Shown here: one piece after another, positions 46,235 to 54,786 of the stretch | Numbering within the stretch: position 1 is the stretch's first letter | Layout: each line of letters begins with the position of its first letter | Origin: Pirellula sp. | GTDB taxonomy: Bacteria; Planctomycetota; Planctomycetia; Pirellulales; Pirellulaceae | Assembly: GCA_043743995.1 (NCBI GenBank) | Contig: JAYTVM010000219.1 | Span: forward strand, 7,094 to 71,093 | Reading direction: 5' to 3' | DNA length: 64,000 nt | Translations under genes and position numbers: made by a program | The notes under the pieces: model-generated | Database searches by the model: none | Seen by the model: the letters and a program-made list of their open reading frames with translations, nothing else | What the model was told of the DNA's origin: nothing

Positions 46235-48839
46235 TCGCGAGCTCCTCTCGTTTTGTTTCTATTTGAGGTGCGCGATAAGCAAGATCCATGCCGGGGCGAT
46301 AAGGAGGTACCAAGTCGATCGCGGATAAACGTTGTTCGCTTTCAGCGATCGCTTGCCTTAGCAATAGCTTGCTGTCCGTATAAATCGTCGCTCGGTTCTC
46401 ACCCCGCGAGACTGATACATAAAACTGTTCCGGTGAAGATGCCGCGAAGGATTCACTGGACTGTCCGATGAATACCTGCTTGACCGATTTTCCTTGTGAA
46501 GCATAAGAAGTTACTACGTAGCCATGTGTCAAATGCCCAAATTCCCTTGCGATGGTCCAGCCGTTTTCGGCGAGTTGTATGCCGCCACCTTTGGTAAATC
46601 CTTTGATGGTGTAAAGGGCGCCATTGTTCAATCGATGTGCGCCATCGGCAGTTGTGCCATTATGCGTGATCCGAATCCGGTCACCCGCCGCAAACTCTGT
46701 GTGAGATGTGTGGAAGGTCTGAAATCGATCCGCAAACTTTAGGGTTGCGTCTGAGAGATCCTTGGCTTCGAGACGTGCTCCACGTTTTATGCCCGGTGCG
46801 TTTTGATGAAAAACGACTACGTCGGTTGGAGCATAGTTCACCGAATCACCACGTTCCGCTTCGGTAAATCTCGCATTCGTTAGAATCGCAAACTTGTGCG
46901 AGTCCTTTCCTAGGAGCTTAGCCTTTTGCAGCCGCTCACGAATCTCGGCAGTGATGCGTGCTCCTTCTGCATGCGTAGGAGAAACGGCAAGAGCTGTTTG
47001 CCCACTTGTAACGGCTGCAACAAAGTCCGCTGCCATTACTTGATATCGCTCCCTACGATCCAACTCCTTGACCCAATGCATTGAACTGAGCTTGTCGAAA
47101 CCCGCGAGTGTTTTACCTTCACTGAGGAACTTGACTGCGGCTTTGTAGTCACCCGATTGACGCTTGATCTCTTTGACCTCGGCAGGCACAATACCTGCTT
47201 CGGTTTCCAAAAGTTTCAGAGTCGAGCCTCGTTCCACCGAGGCATGCTGCTTTCGATCTCCCGAGAGCAAAACTCGTGCGTTAATGCGTTCTGATAGTTC
47301 GAATAGTATGTTCATGGTCTTTGCACCAAGCAGACCAGCCTCATCTACCCATATCAACTGGCCGCGCGCTTCCTGCTGGAGTTTCTTGTCCACCAATAGC
47401 CGTGCAACTGTGTCTGCTTCATCAAACCCGGCAGCTCGCAATACGCCTCGACTAGCATCCGCCGATGGAGCAAAGGCGAAGACCTTGATGCCGGTATTCT
47501 GGATCGCTTCAACTGTTTCTTGCATAAGCGTTGTTTTGCCCACTCCTGCAGCGCCTCGCAGTAACGTGACACGGTCACGTGAACCCAAAATATGCCTTAC
47601 CGCTGATTTCTGCTCTGCATTCAACCAGTCGCATTTGAATGAATCATAGTTTCCGAGAATCGGTGAGCATTGCCCCCTCCCCTGCCTTGCAAAGCCAATG
47701 ATCTGCCTTTCTTCCGCAAGCACCTCCTGTGTGGTAACAACCATCTGACCATCGCGATCGACTCGTATAAGCGGGAGGCTCTTCGATTGTTCTAGGACAT
47801 CCTCCAACGTTGCCTTACCAACACTTTGACGAAGGGCCAGAGCAATCAACTTGCGTTCGGGAACGACCGATTGTCGTTCAAACGCATGTAGCTTTGCGTA
47901 CTCAAGCCCAGTCGCTGCTGCCGTACCATCGTCTGGCTCCGAATCGCTACCAAATTTTCGTTCTAGCAATTCAAGTTGCTCAAGTTCGGCAGTAGACATC
48001 CGCTCTCGCCATTCGGTTTGTAAATCAGTGAAGCTCAATTCTTTTTGCTTGCGGCTTCGGGTTCTCGCCCCAAGCTCGGATTTGACCTCGGCATTTTCAA
48101 TTCCCTTTTCCCTTGCCAGATCTTCGATCTCTGCGGTACGTCGAGAGAACTTCTTAAGCGTAGATGCATTGATGCCCGCCAACTCCCAGTTTTTGTCCGT
48201 TCGATGAATAGGCAATCCAAGATCACTCAATCGATGCGCAAATCGAGAATGGAACACCGCTTCAAAGTAGGGTGCATCTCGCTTCAGCCCCCGAAATTGT
48301 CCCGCCTTGAAAGTTTTTTCTTGCTCGTCCCAGGTCGTATTAAATACAAAGCAATGTGCATGCAGATGCGGGTCTGGAACTCCGTCGACTGGCCGAGCCG
48401 TAAAGTGAATGAACTCGCCCCAAACCATATTGCCAGTCGTGCGATTCTCGTTCATGCCGTTCTTGCGAACTCGAGTAGCCATTTCGGCTTCCATGTCGTG
48501 CATAGTGTCATCAACAGAATCGCGAAACGCCTCAAGTATGCGATCGTCGCGAGTAACGGCATACATTAGGGACACACTTTTTGGTACATGGAAATTGAAA
48601 TCATAGCCAACGGTTCGATCCGTTTTGTTCCGAAGCGTTAGCGGTGCACCATTACTCGGGTTCTGATTATCGCAGAGCGAATCCCAATCCTTCTTTGCAA
48701 CAGGTCCGGATAAGCCCAATTGTGTTGCCGCCATGCCCCGCCAACGACCCTCCAACTCCTGGCCCTCGGAATAATAGTCGGCAGTGCTGTAATAACTCTT
48801 TGCACCTGCGGCATGTGCGTTTTGGATGATTCGTAACAT
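46224..48839 (-). CDS. MOBF (TrwC/TraI-like) relaxase-helicase
   Basis: N-terminal YYSTADYY catalytic tyrosines, GYDFNFHVPKSVS, HFTARPVDGVPDPHLHAH (HUH), helicase GAAGVGKT, VDEAG, HGYVVTSYASQGKS. Confidence 0.95.
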   Translation of the reverse strand: MLRIIQNAHAAGAKSYYSTADYYSEGQELEGRWRGMAATQLGLSGPVAKKDWDSLCDNQNPSNGAPLTLRNKTDRTVGYDFNFHVPKSVSLMYAVTRDDRILEAFRDSVDDTMHDMEAEMATRVRKNGMNENRTTGNMVWGEFIHFTARPVDGVPDPHLHAHCFVFNTTWDEQEKTFKAGQFRGLKRDAPYFEAVFHSRFAHRLSDLGLPIHRTDKNWELAGINASTLKKFSRRTAEIEDLAREKGIENAEVKSELGARTRSRKQKELSFTDLQTEWRERMSTAELEQLELLERKFGSDSEPDDGTAAATGLEYAKLHAFERQSVVPERKLIALALRQSVGKATLEDVLEQSKSLPLIRVDRDGQMVVTTQEVLAEERQIIGFARQGRGQCSPILGNYDSFKCDWLNAEQKSAVRHILGSRDRVTLLRGAAGVGKTTLMQETVEAIQNTGIKVFAFAPSADASRGVLRAAGFDEADTVARLLVDKKLQQEARGQLIWVDEAGLLGAKTMNILFELSERINARVLLSGDRKQHASVERGSTLKLLETEAGIVPAEVKEIKRQSGDYKAAVKFLSEGKTLAGFDKLSSMHWVKELDRRERYQVMAADFVAAVTSGQTALAVSPTHAEGARITAEIRERLQKAKLLGKDSHKFAILTNARFTEAERGDSVNYAPTDVVVFHQNAPGIKRGARLEAKDLSDATLKFADRFQTFHTSHTEFAAGDRIRITHNGTTADGAHRLNNGALYTIKGFTKGGGIQLAENGWTIAREFGHLTHGYVVTSYASQGKSVKQVFIGQSSESFAASSPEQFYVSVSRGENRATIYTDSKLLLRQAIAESEQRLSAIDLVPPYRPGMDLAYRAPQIETKREELANER

Positions 48840-49297
48840 GCATCATTTTATCCTGCTTGCCCTTTCAAAATCCGTTTGTGGATCGAATTGGCACCGAGTG
48901 ACGCGATAAGTCGTAATGCGACGCTCGAATTGTTGACGACCAACTAAGTGTCCACTTGAAGTAGTGCCGATCACGGGTCGGAAAGTTCATTTCGACTCTG
49001 CTTCTATTCGGCTATGCAAACGCTTGTCAATCGAATTTCTATTTTTGAACTGCGTCTGTGCGGACTTTCCGATTTGCGGTGCGTTCGATCTGTGTCATCA
49101 CTGTCGTCGATCCAAATTGCTGCATCCGCAAACCGTCCTTTGATTTGTGATTTTGAATTGCCGAATCGAATCGGCTTAGGCGAGATTTTTTGAGCGAGGC
49201 AAATCCATTTGCGTGTCAACGTCACGGAAACAAGTCGCCGCGACTTTCGGCGTGAATGAACCTGTCGTGAGTGCAGAAATGTCATTTCCGCCGAATG

Positions 49298-49372
49298 CTT
49301 CCTGGATAGACGACCGGCCAATTTCGCCGTTGTCGGCGGCATGTCCGCCGCGTGACCTGTGCGGGAAGTACT
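49298..49372. repeat. Structured direct repeat, copy 1
   Basis: CTTCCTGGATAGAC ... CTGTGCGGGAAGTACT; the 16 nt box is identical to 52559-52574. Confidence 0.8.
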
Positions 49373-49460
49373 CTTTGGCTCTCCTTTGAATACGGTCTCA
49401 GTCGGCCATAAGTGGAATCTTTTGTTGACACGTTTAGCCGACTAGGTATTTACTACGACA

Positions 49461-49844
49461 ATGCTCGTAAAGGAAATCAACCTCACCCTGATGCTCACGC
49501 CCGATGCAATCGCATGGCTCGAAGTCGAAGCCAACGAATCGGGTGCTTCTGTCACACATTGCATCAGCGGACTATTAAATGCTCTTGCAAGTCCTGAGAC
49601 CAATGAGGATACCTTGGTTGACGCCTTGCTCGAAAAATCCCGATCGTATTTTCCACGCGTCATGACCTTGGATGAACAAGACGAGCTTCAGGAGGAAGTC
49701 ATCGATTTTCTTTGCATGCGAATTATCGAAGTGAACTCAAACTCGGTCTTTGCACAATTGTCGGCGACCGAGGTCCAAGACATTCGCGACAAGCTCGTTC
49801 GTCGAAGCAAAATGGTTTGGATTTCGCAGCCACCGAGGAACTAG
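49461..49844 (+). CDS. Hypothetical protein with ribbon-helix-helix-like N-terminus
   Basis: INLTLML-TPDAIAWLEVEANESG-ASVTHCISGLL strand-helix-helix pattern. Confidence 0.5.
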   Translation: MLVKEINLTLMLTPDAIAWLEVEANESGASVTHCISGLLNALASPETNEDTLVDALLEKSRSYFPRVMTLDEQDELQEEVIDFLCMRIIEVNSNSVFAQLSATEVQDIRDKLVRRSKMVWISQPPRN

Positions 49845-49902
49845 ACAACGACTTCTACGAAGCCTGCCTCCTCCTCGCAATGCAGCACGACCCCTTAAAA
49901 AC

Positions 49903-50049
49903 ATTCCCGAACGGGAATATTTACTCAGCAACATCATATTGTGCTCGCCGTAAGGTAATAATATTCCCTTTCGGGAGTATTTTGTTGAATTCTTATTGAA
50001 ATCATGGTACTATTGTCCATAAACAGCAAATACGTTCCCGAACGGGAAT
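49903..50049 (+). promoter_or_regulatory. Sigma70-type promoter with three palindromic operators upstream of the hip operon
   Basis: TTGAAT (49985-49990)-N17-TACTAT (50008-50013) with TGn extension; operators ATTCCCGAACGGGAAT 49903-49918, ATTCCCTTTCGGGAGT 49963-49978, GTTCCCGAACGGGAAT 50034-50049. Confidence 0.75.
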
Positions 50050-50061
50050 GCTTCATGAGAG

Positions 50062-50292
50062 ATGAACGTGGGATCAATCGGAGAATTCGTCAGAAATCGC
50101 CGGAAGGCAGCCAAAATGACACAGAAGTCCCTGGGCGAACTAGCGGGCGTTGGCACTCGATTTATCTCCGAGTTGGAGCGAGGAAAAACCACTGTTCGGA
50201 TGTCAGAGGTTGAAACTGTCCTTTCCGTCTTTGGCAAAGCGCTTGGTGTTGTCGATCGTGATCGCATCGTGGAGGAACCTGATGACGAATAG
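50062..50292 (+). CDS. HipB-like (y4mF/Xre) HTH antitoxin-regulator
   Basis: FVRNRRKAAKMTQKSLGELAGVGTRFISELERGK. Confidence 0.88.
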   Translation: MNVGSIGEFVRNRRKAAKMTQKSLGELAGVGTRFISELERGKTTVRMSEVETVLSVFGKALGVVDRDRIVEEPDDE

Positions 50293-50620
50293 GCATGGAC
50301 TCGTACGAATCGATGGCAAGGATGCAGGCAAGTTATCCGAAAGCGAGGACGGCTTTGAGTTCGCTTACCTCGCCACATGGTTGGAGACACAGAGCGCCAC
50401 GCCAATTTCACTAACGATGCCACTGCGCGCAGAGCCATACGTTTCTCGCAATCTGCATCCATTTTTTCAAAACTTGTTGCCGGAAGGATGGTTGCTTGAA
50501 CTCGCAACCAAGAAGCTCAAAATATCAAAAGATGATGCCTTTGGATTATTGCTTGCGACTTGTGCCGATTGCATAGGTGCAATTGAAATCCTTGCGATCA
50601 GCAAAGAGGTAGCGTCATGA
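50282..50620 (+). CDS. HipA N-terminal domain protein (HipS-like)
   Basis: GFEFAY, ISLTMPL, LHPFFQNLLPEGW, DCIGAI. Confidence 0.9.
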   Translation: MTNRHGLVRIDGKDAGKLSESEDGFEFAYLATWLETQSATPISLTMPLRAEPYVSRNLHPFFQNLLPEGWLLELATKKLKISKDDAFGLLLATCADCIGAIEILAISKEVAS

Positions 50621-51540
50621 CCAAAACCTGTTTTGTTTGTTTGGGGAGCGGGGCGGACAAAAGTCACTATCATTCCCGGTGTGCGAAAGCGCTCTTTGGC
50701 AGCACAACCGTACCGCGTCTCGACATTGAGGTTGCCAAACTGCATACCGCTGCACTCGCGATGGTGGGGAAAACTACTCTGTCGGGTGCACAGAAAAAAA
50801 TCTCGGTCAACATCTCCGCAGATCGGCAAACACTTCAAGTTGCCACTGGGCGAGGATTCTATATCCTCAAGCCGCCGACAGAAACATATCCACACTTGCC
50901 CGAAAACGAGCATACTACCATGTTGCTCGCGAAGCTGACCGGGTTAAATGTTGGTCAATTCGGACTCGTTCGAATGGAGACGGATCGAATCGCGTTCCTT
51001 TCGAAACGATTTGATCGCAATGAAGATGGCAGCAAGCTCCATCAAGAAGACTTCTGCCAACTGTCGGAAAAATCTCCCTCCGCAAAGTACGATGGATCGG
51101 CAGAACTATGCGCGAGAATTGTCAAACGATTTGCCACCGAGCCCGGTATTGAACTACTGAAGTTATTCGAACAACTCGTCTTTTCATGGTGGGTAGGAAA
51201 TGGCGACCTCCATCTGAAAAATCTGTCGCTGCTGATCGATGCCCAAGGGGCCATAAGACTTACCCCAGCGTACGATCTTGTTTCGACGATCCTAGTCATC
51301 GATGATGATCCGCTTGCTATGCCGATAGGCGGCAGAGACCGCAAACTGCAACGGTCAACCTGGATCAAGTTCGCATCCTATTGCGACATCGGTATCAAGG
51401 CTGCGAACCGAGTGCTCGACCGTCAGATAAGTTTGTTACCAAAGGCAGAGGCGATGTTGGATCAGTGCTTTCTTCCGGCGGAAATGAAAACAACGTTTAA
51501 ACAACACATCACTGATCGCACTGCCGAACTCGATTCTTAG
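50617..51540 (+). CDS. HipA-family kinase toxin (HipT-like)
   Basis: LSGAQKK loop, HLPENEH, HQEDFCQL, GNGDLHLKNLSL, TPAYDL. Confidence 0.92.
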   Translation: MTKTCFVCLGSGADKSHYHSRCAKALFGSTTVPRLDIEVAKLHTAALAMVGKTTLSGAQKKISVNISADRQTLQVATGRGFYILKPPTETYPHLPENEHTTMLLAKLTGLNVGQFGLVRMETDRIAFLSKRFDRNEDGSKLHQEDFCQLSEKSPSAKYDGSAELCARIVKRFATEPGIELLKLFEQLVFSWWVGNGDLHLKNLSLLIDAQGAIRLTPAYDLVSTILVIDDDPLAMPIGGRDRKLQRSTWIKFASYCDIGIKAANRVLDRQISLLPKAEAMLDQCFLPAEMKTTFKQHITDRTAELDS

Positions 51541-51549
51541 CTGATGTCG

Positions 51550-52506
51550 TTAAACCGAAATCCGTTCGACTATATTTCGTGTGACTCGGCGTTGTCGTCG
51601 GTCGTATAGCATGGTCACACGGCTATCGGAATGCCCAAGTAAGTACTGCACATCTTCCAACGGGACGCCTTGCAACAATAGGTCCGTTGCCGTCAGACTT
51701 CGAAAGCTGTGGGGCGAGATGATGGTTGGCAGTCCGGCATTCTTGAGCCGACGCTTGACCATTCGACAAATATCAACGCCCGTAATTGCCATTTCCGAAA
51801 ACAACCCTCGCCGATCCATGGTCGGAAACAATGCCAGCTCCATTGAATTGCCGCGAATCGCAAGATATTCGAGCAACAATAATTGCAGATCGTGCCGCAC
51901 CGGTATTGAACGACTCTTACCACCCTTCTCACTGAATCGTAATGCGTACTGATTGCCCTCATCCACCATGTCTTTCACTCGCAGTTTTGCAACGGCTCCA
52001 GCTCTGGCTGCGGTATAGATCAGAACGGAGAGTAGTACTTTGTCACGAACGTCGATGAGCGATTTGTTGCCGATCGATTCGAGTAACTTCCTCGCTTGAT
52101 CGGTCGAAATCTCCGGAGTCTTGCCCTCGACTGTCGAATATCGCTCGGTGCGAACCGAAGCGGCAGGATTCAGCAGACACACATGTCGAAGTACCAAGCA
52201 GTCAAAGAATCCGCGAATCGCCGACATATGAAGCTTTTTCGAAGGCGGCGACAGTTTGGTAAGTTGATCAAAGTAGTTGCCAACCATTCCGGGCGTGATG
52301 CTAGACAGATTCGACTGGATCGGTTCAACCCATTTCAGAAACGAGCGTACAGCCCGAAGATATGCAGTGCGAGTGTGCGGATTGCGGATTTGGCCAGAGA
52401 AGAACTCATCCCAAGCAAACGTCCCCTGCGAACCTACCGACGAAACCATGATTGGAATCCTAGCCGCACTTGATATCAAAACATTTTTGACTTCCACTTC
52501 CTGCAT
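51550..52506 (-). CDS. Second tyrosine recombinase (XerD/Int family)
   Basis: RNPHTRTAY, TAARAGA (R), EKGGK (K), PHSFR, LLGHS, MLYD; AGGAG RBS before ATG 52506. Confidence 0.92.
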   Translation of the reverse strand: MQEVEVKNVLISSAARIPIMVSSVGSQGTFAWDEFFSGQIRNPHTRTAYLRAVRSFLKWVEPIQSNLSSITPGMVGNYFDQLTKLSPPSKKLHMSAIRGFFDCLVLRHVCLLNPAASVRTERYSTVEGKTPEISTDQARKLLESIGNKSLIDVRDKVLLSVLIYTAARAGAVAKLRVKDMVDEGNQYALRFSEKGGKSRSIPVRHDLQLLLLEYLAIRGNSMELALFPTMDRRGLFSEMAITGVDICRMVKRRLKNAGLPTIISPHSFRSLTATDLLLQGVPLEDVQYLLGHSDSRVTMLYDRRQRRVTRNIVERISV

Positions 52507-52574
52507 AGACAACTTGCTCCTAGCAATTGTCGACGGCAATGCTCTGCCGTCGCGTCATCTGTGCGGGAAGTACT
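52497..52574. repeat. Structured direct repeat, copy 2 (overlaps recombinase RBS and start codon)
   Basis: CTTCCTGCATAGAC ... CTGTGCGGGAAGTACT with two internal hairpins. Confidence 0.8.
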
Positions 52575-52930
52575 TCTCTTCCCTCCAATCGTTCGTATTG
52601 ACTATTGTCTTTTCGATTTGTGAGCCATCGAAGGACGCCGTCCGCGAATGAGGCAATCAAGTGATGCTGTTCGCCGATTAGCTCAATCTCGCTGTCGAGC
52701 ATGATACGAACTGGCGGTCGATCGATTTTCGCAAGCTCCGGCGCATCGATACCGATCTGCATTCGACCCGTTGGTGCGAGTTGCGTTGGCGTTAGCCAGA
52801 TGGTGCCATCTGCGTGAACACGATACTTCTCGAAATAACCGAAGAGCCCATCGGTTTGGTACCACTCCCCGGAATAGGATTCCGAGATTGAGTTGCCGAA
52901 TTCGAAATACAAATAGTCAGGAACGGCCAT
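52520..52930 (-). CDS. Hypothetical protein, phage-like
   Basis: PDYLYFE...YQT...YRVHADG...ASFADGVL resembles a widespread phage hypothetical family (recalled, not searched). Confidence 0.55.
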   Translation of the reverse strand: MAVPDYLYFEFGNSISESYSGEWYQTDGLFGYFEKYRVHADGTIWLTPTQLAPTGRMQIGIDAPELAKIDRPPVRIMLDSEIELIGEQHHLIASFADGVLRWLTNRKDNSQYERLEGREVLPAQMTRRQSIAVDNC

Positions 52931-53021
52931 AATGTTGCCACACGCTTTTAATGTTTATCAAGTCAATCAGCTTCCAGTTCAGGCTAGGATTTGTCTTCGT
53001 CATGTTATTCTCAGTTGCCTT

Positions 53022-53450
53022 TTAGTTTGTCGCGGGTTCGCGAAGAAGTTCGAATGCCAATCCGAGTTGCTTGGCGACTTTGGACAACCGATCATCAAAG
53101 GTAATAAGCGTTGCGTTTGACCTGCGGCAGACAACCAAATAGAAGCAGTCGTAGAGATGGTGTTGCGTCTGGATCGACAGTGCGATCGCATCCTCGAGCA
53201 GTTCATTGTAGTCCCATAGCTCAATGATTCGGTCCTCAACATGCGATAGCCAAAGCTGACACCATGCGGCGCATTCGTCTTTCTTTGCCCGCTTCTCACG
53301 CACCGTTCGCGAAATGGTGCCAAGTACTTCAAGCTTAATGATTTCTGGTGCGATGAGCTTTTCCTGTAGTCTCAGAAATGCTTTTGCTTCCATCGAGCCA
53401 GGTTCACGCACATACCACTTGGCAGCGACATTTGCGTCGATCACCATCAT
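53022..53450 (-). CDS. PIN-domain (VapC/FitB-like) toxin
   Basis: VIDANVAAKW, APEIIKLEV, LYDCFYL, LITFDDRL. Confidence 0.9.
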   Translation of the reverse strand: MMVIDANVAAKWYVREPGSMEAKAFLRLQEKLIAPEIIKLEVLGTISRTVREKRAKKDECAAWCQLWLSHVEDRIIELWDYNELLEDAIALSIQTQHHLYDCFYLVVCRRSNATLITFDDRLSKVAKQLGLAFELLREPATN

Positions 53451-53689
53451 ACGATTCCTTCCCGCATCGCACGGATGTATGCAACGCTGCTTGGGAATAT
53501 GCCATGCTTTGATGCGACCTGATCTAGATGCTGGTCAATCTCTTCCGCCAATCTATGTTGCCTAGCCAATGCCGCTTCTGACAGTACTCGCTTCAACTCA
53601 TGTTCGAGACTGACGCCACATTTCTTGGCGTTGTGTCGATGCTGTTCGACAACCCATTCATCGACGTTTCGGATTCGTAATTCAGTCAT
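53447..53689 (-). CDS. FitA-like ribbon-helix-helix antitoxin
   Basis: MTELRIRNVDEWVVEQHRHNAKKCGVSLEHELKRVL; ATGA overlap with the toxin. Confidence 0.85.
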   Translation of the reverse strand: MTELRIRNVDEWVVEQHRHNAKKCGVSLEHELKRVLSEAALARQHRLAEEIDQHLDQVASKHGIFPSSVAYIRAMREGIV

Positions 53690-53831
53690 GGCAAAACCCC
53701 ATCGTTGTGACTCTACGTTGACTTTGCCACAGACGCCAACCGGTGTCAACGAAAATCAACTCGCCGCATTTGTTCGATTAGTGCGTTGTTGATTGGATTG
53801 ACACACCACCAAGCACGCTAAATAACCTCTT

Positions 53832-54704
53832 TTATTTAGCGTCCGATGATTGCTCCGTTCCTCCTCGCCGTTGGACTAAGTCATCCATCAAGTTTGGGAC
53901 AAATCTCTCACTAAAACCTGATGCAATTGCTATAGCAAACAACGCGAATGAATTGCCTTCGTTATTTACGAATCCAAGGACAATACCCGACTTAACTACG
54001 AAAAAGACAAAAATCGAGCCCACGATTGAAATGAGAATCCGCGAACAACCGACCAAGCAATTCGTTAATTTGTCTGCATCGATATCAATATCTATCCTCT
54101 TGAATCCTGTCGCAACTGACAGAAATCCTCCCATCGCACCGCAACAAGCGATATCCAAGTAGTTGCCCGCCGTATCTGAATCGGGCCAAGCGTTAAAGAA
54201 GAAATACCGCAAGAGCAATACACAGCAAACGACACACAGAGAGCTGAGGGTGTATTGTAATCTGCCTTGTACTGCCCTCGTTCGCAAAACCCGCTGTTCA
54301 GCTTCGTCAAGAATTTTTATGGCTACTTCCTCTAGCCCACGAAGGTTGGTCGCAACCGCTCTTGCCACTTGACTCGTGATTTGTTCGCATTCTCCAAGAT
54401 TGTTGGGTAAATAAGAAGTGACTTTGGAAACGTGTCGAAGCAACTTCGCGTTGCGTTCGTAATACGAGTCAATGCCTGGCATCGAATGATCATACTCAAC
54501 GTAGATTGCATCGATTGTTCTGTAGATAACATATTCGGGACGCTGCACATAAATGCGTTTCACGATTTCACCCGAATTGTCGTTCCCTGCAATCCGAAAT
54601 TGCATTGGCTTTCTCAATCCATCATCGCCGACTGGTGGGGCCGTTTCTCGTCCGACCGGCGTTTCTTCGGGTTGAACACAAGTTTTCTTTTCTTCACTGG
54701 CCAT
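53832..54704 (-). CDS. Hypothetical membrane protein (about 4 TM)
   Basis: C-terminal TM bundle with GAMGGFLS and ASGFSERFVP; start uncertain. Confidence 0.7.
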   Translation of the reverse strand: MASEEKKTCVQPEETPVGRETAPPVGDDGLRKPMQFRIAGNDNSGEIVKRIYVQRPEYVIYRTIDAIYVEYDHSMPGIDSYYERNAKLLRHVSKVTSYLPNNLGECEQITSQVARAVATNLRGLEEVAIKILDEAEQRVLRTRAVQGRLQYTLSSLCVVCCVLLLRYFFFNAWPDSDTAGNYLDIACCGAMGGFLSVATGFKRIDIDIDADKLTNCLVGCSRILISIVGSIFVFFVVKSGIVLGFVNNEGNSFALFAIAIASGFSERFVPNLMDDLVQRRGGTEQSSDAK

Positions 54705-54786
54705 GATCTCACCAAAAGCGACGGAAGTGGAGTGACGTTCAACAAAGATTTTTATACGGAGCAACTTTAATCACGATGATATTACT

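Larger units (their letters stand above)
35802..53749. mobile_element. tRNA-Pro-integrated genomic island, probable integrative mobilizable element (right boundary uncertain, may extend past 64000)
   Basis: Integrase abutting the tRNA 3' half, AlpA-like HTH, VirD4-like coupling protein, ParB, MOBF relaxase, TA modules; no attR duplicate seen in the window. Confidence 0.8.

Noticed and set aside
49004-49342. 112 aa minus-strand ORF starting within repeat copy 1
   Set aside because: No RBS or recognisable motif; it lies in the likely oriT region. It cannot be fully excluded as a relic.
51550-52506. Integron integrase serving the attC array
   Set aside because: It lacks the IntI-specific insertion between patches II and III and lies 35 kb from the array; the tRNA-linked integrase is likewise not IntI-like.
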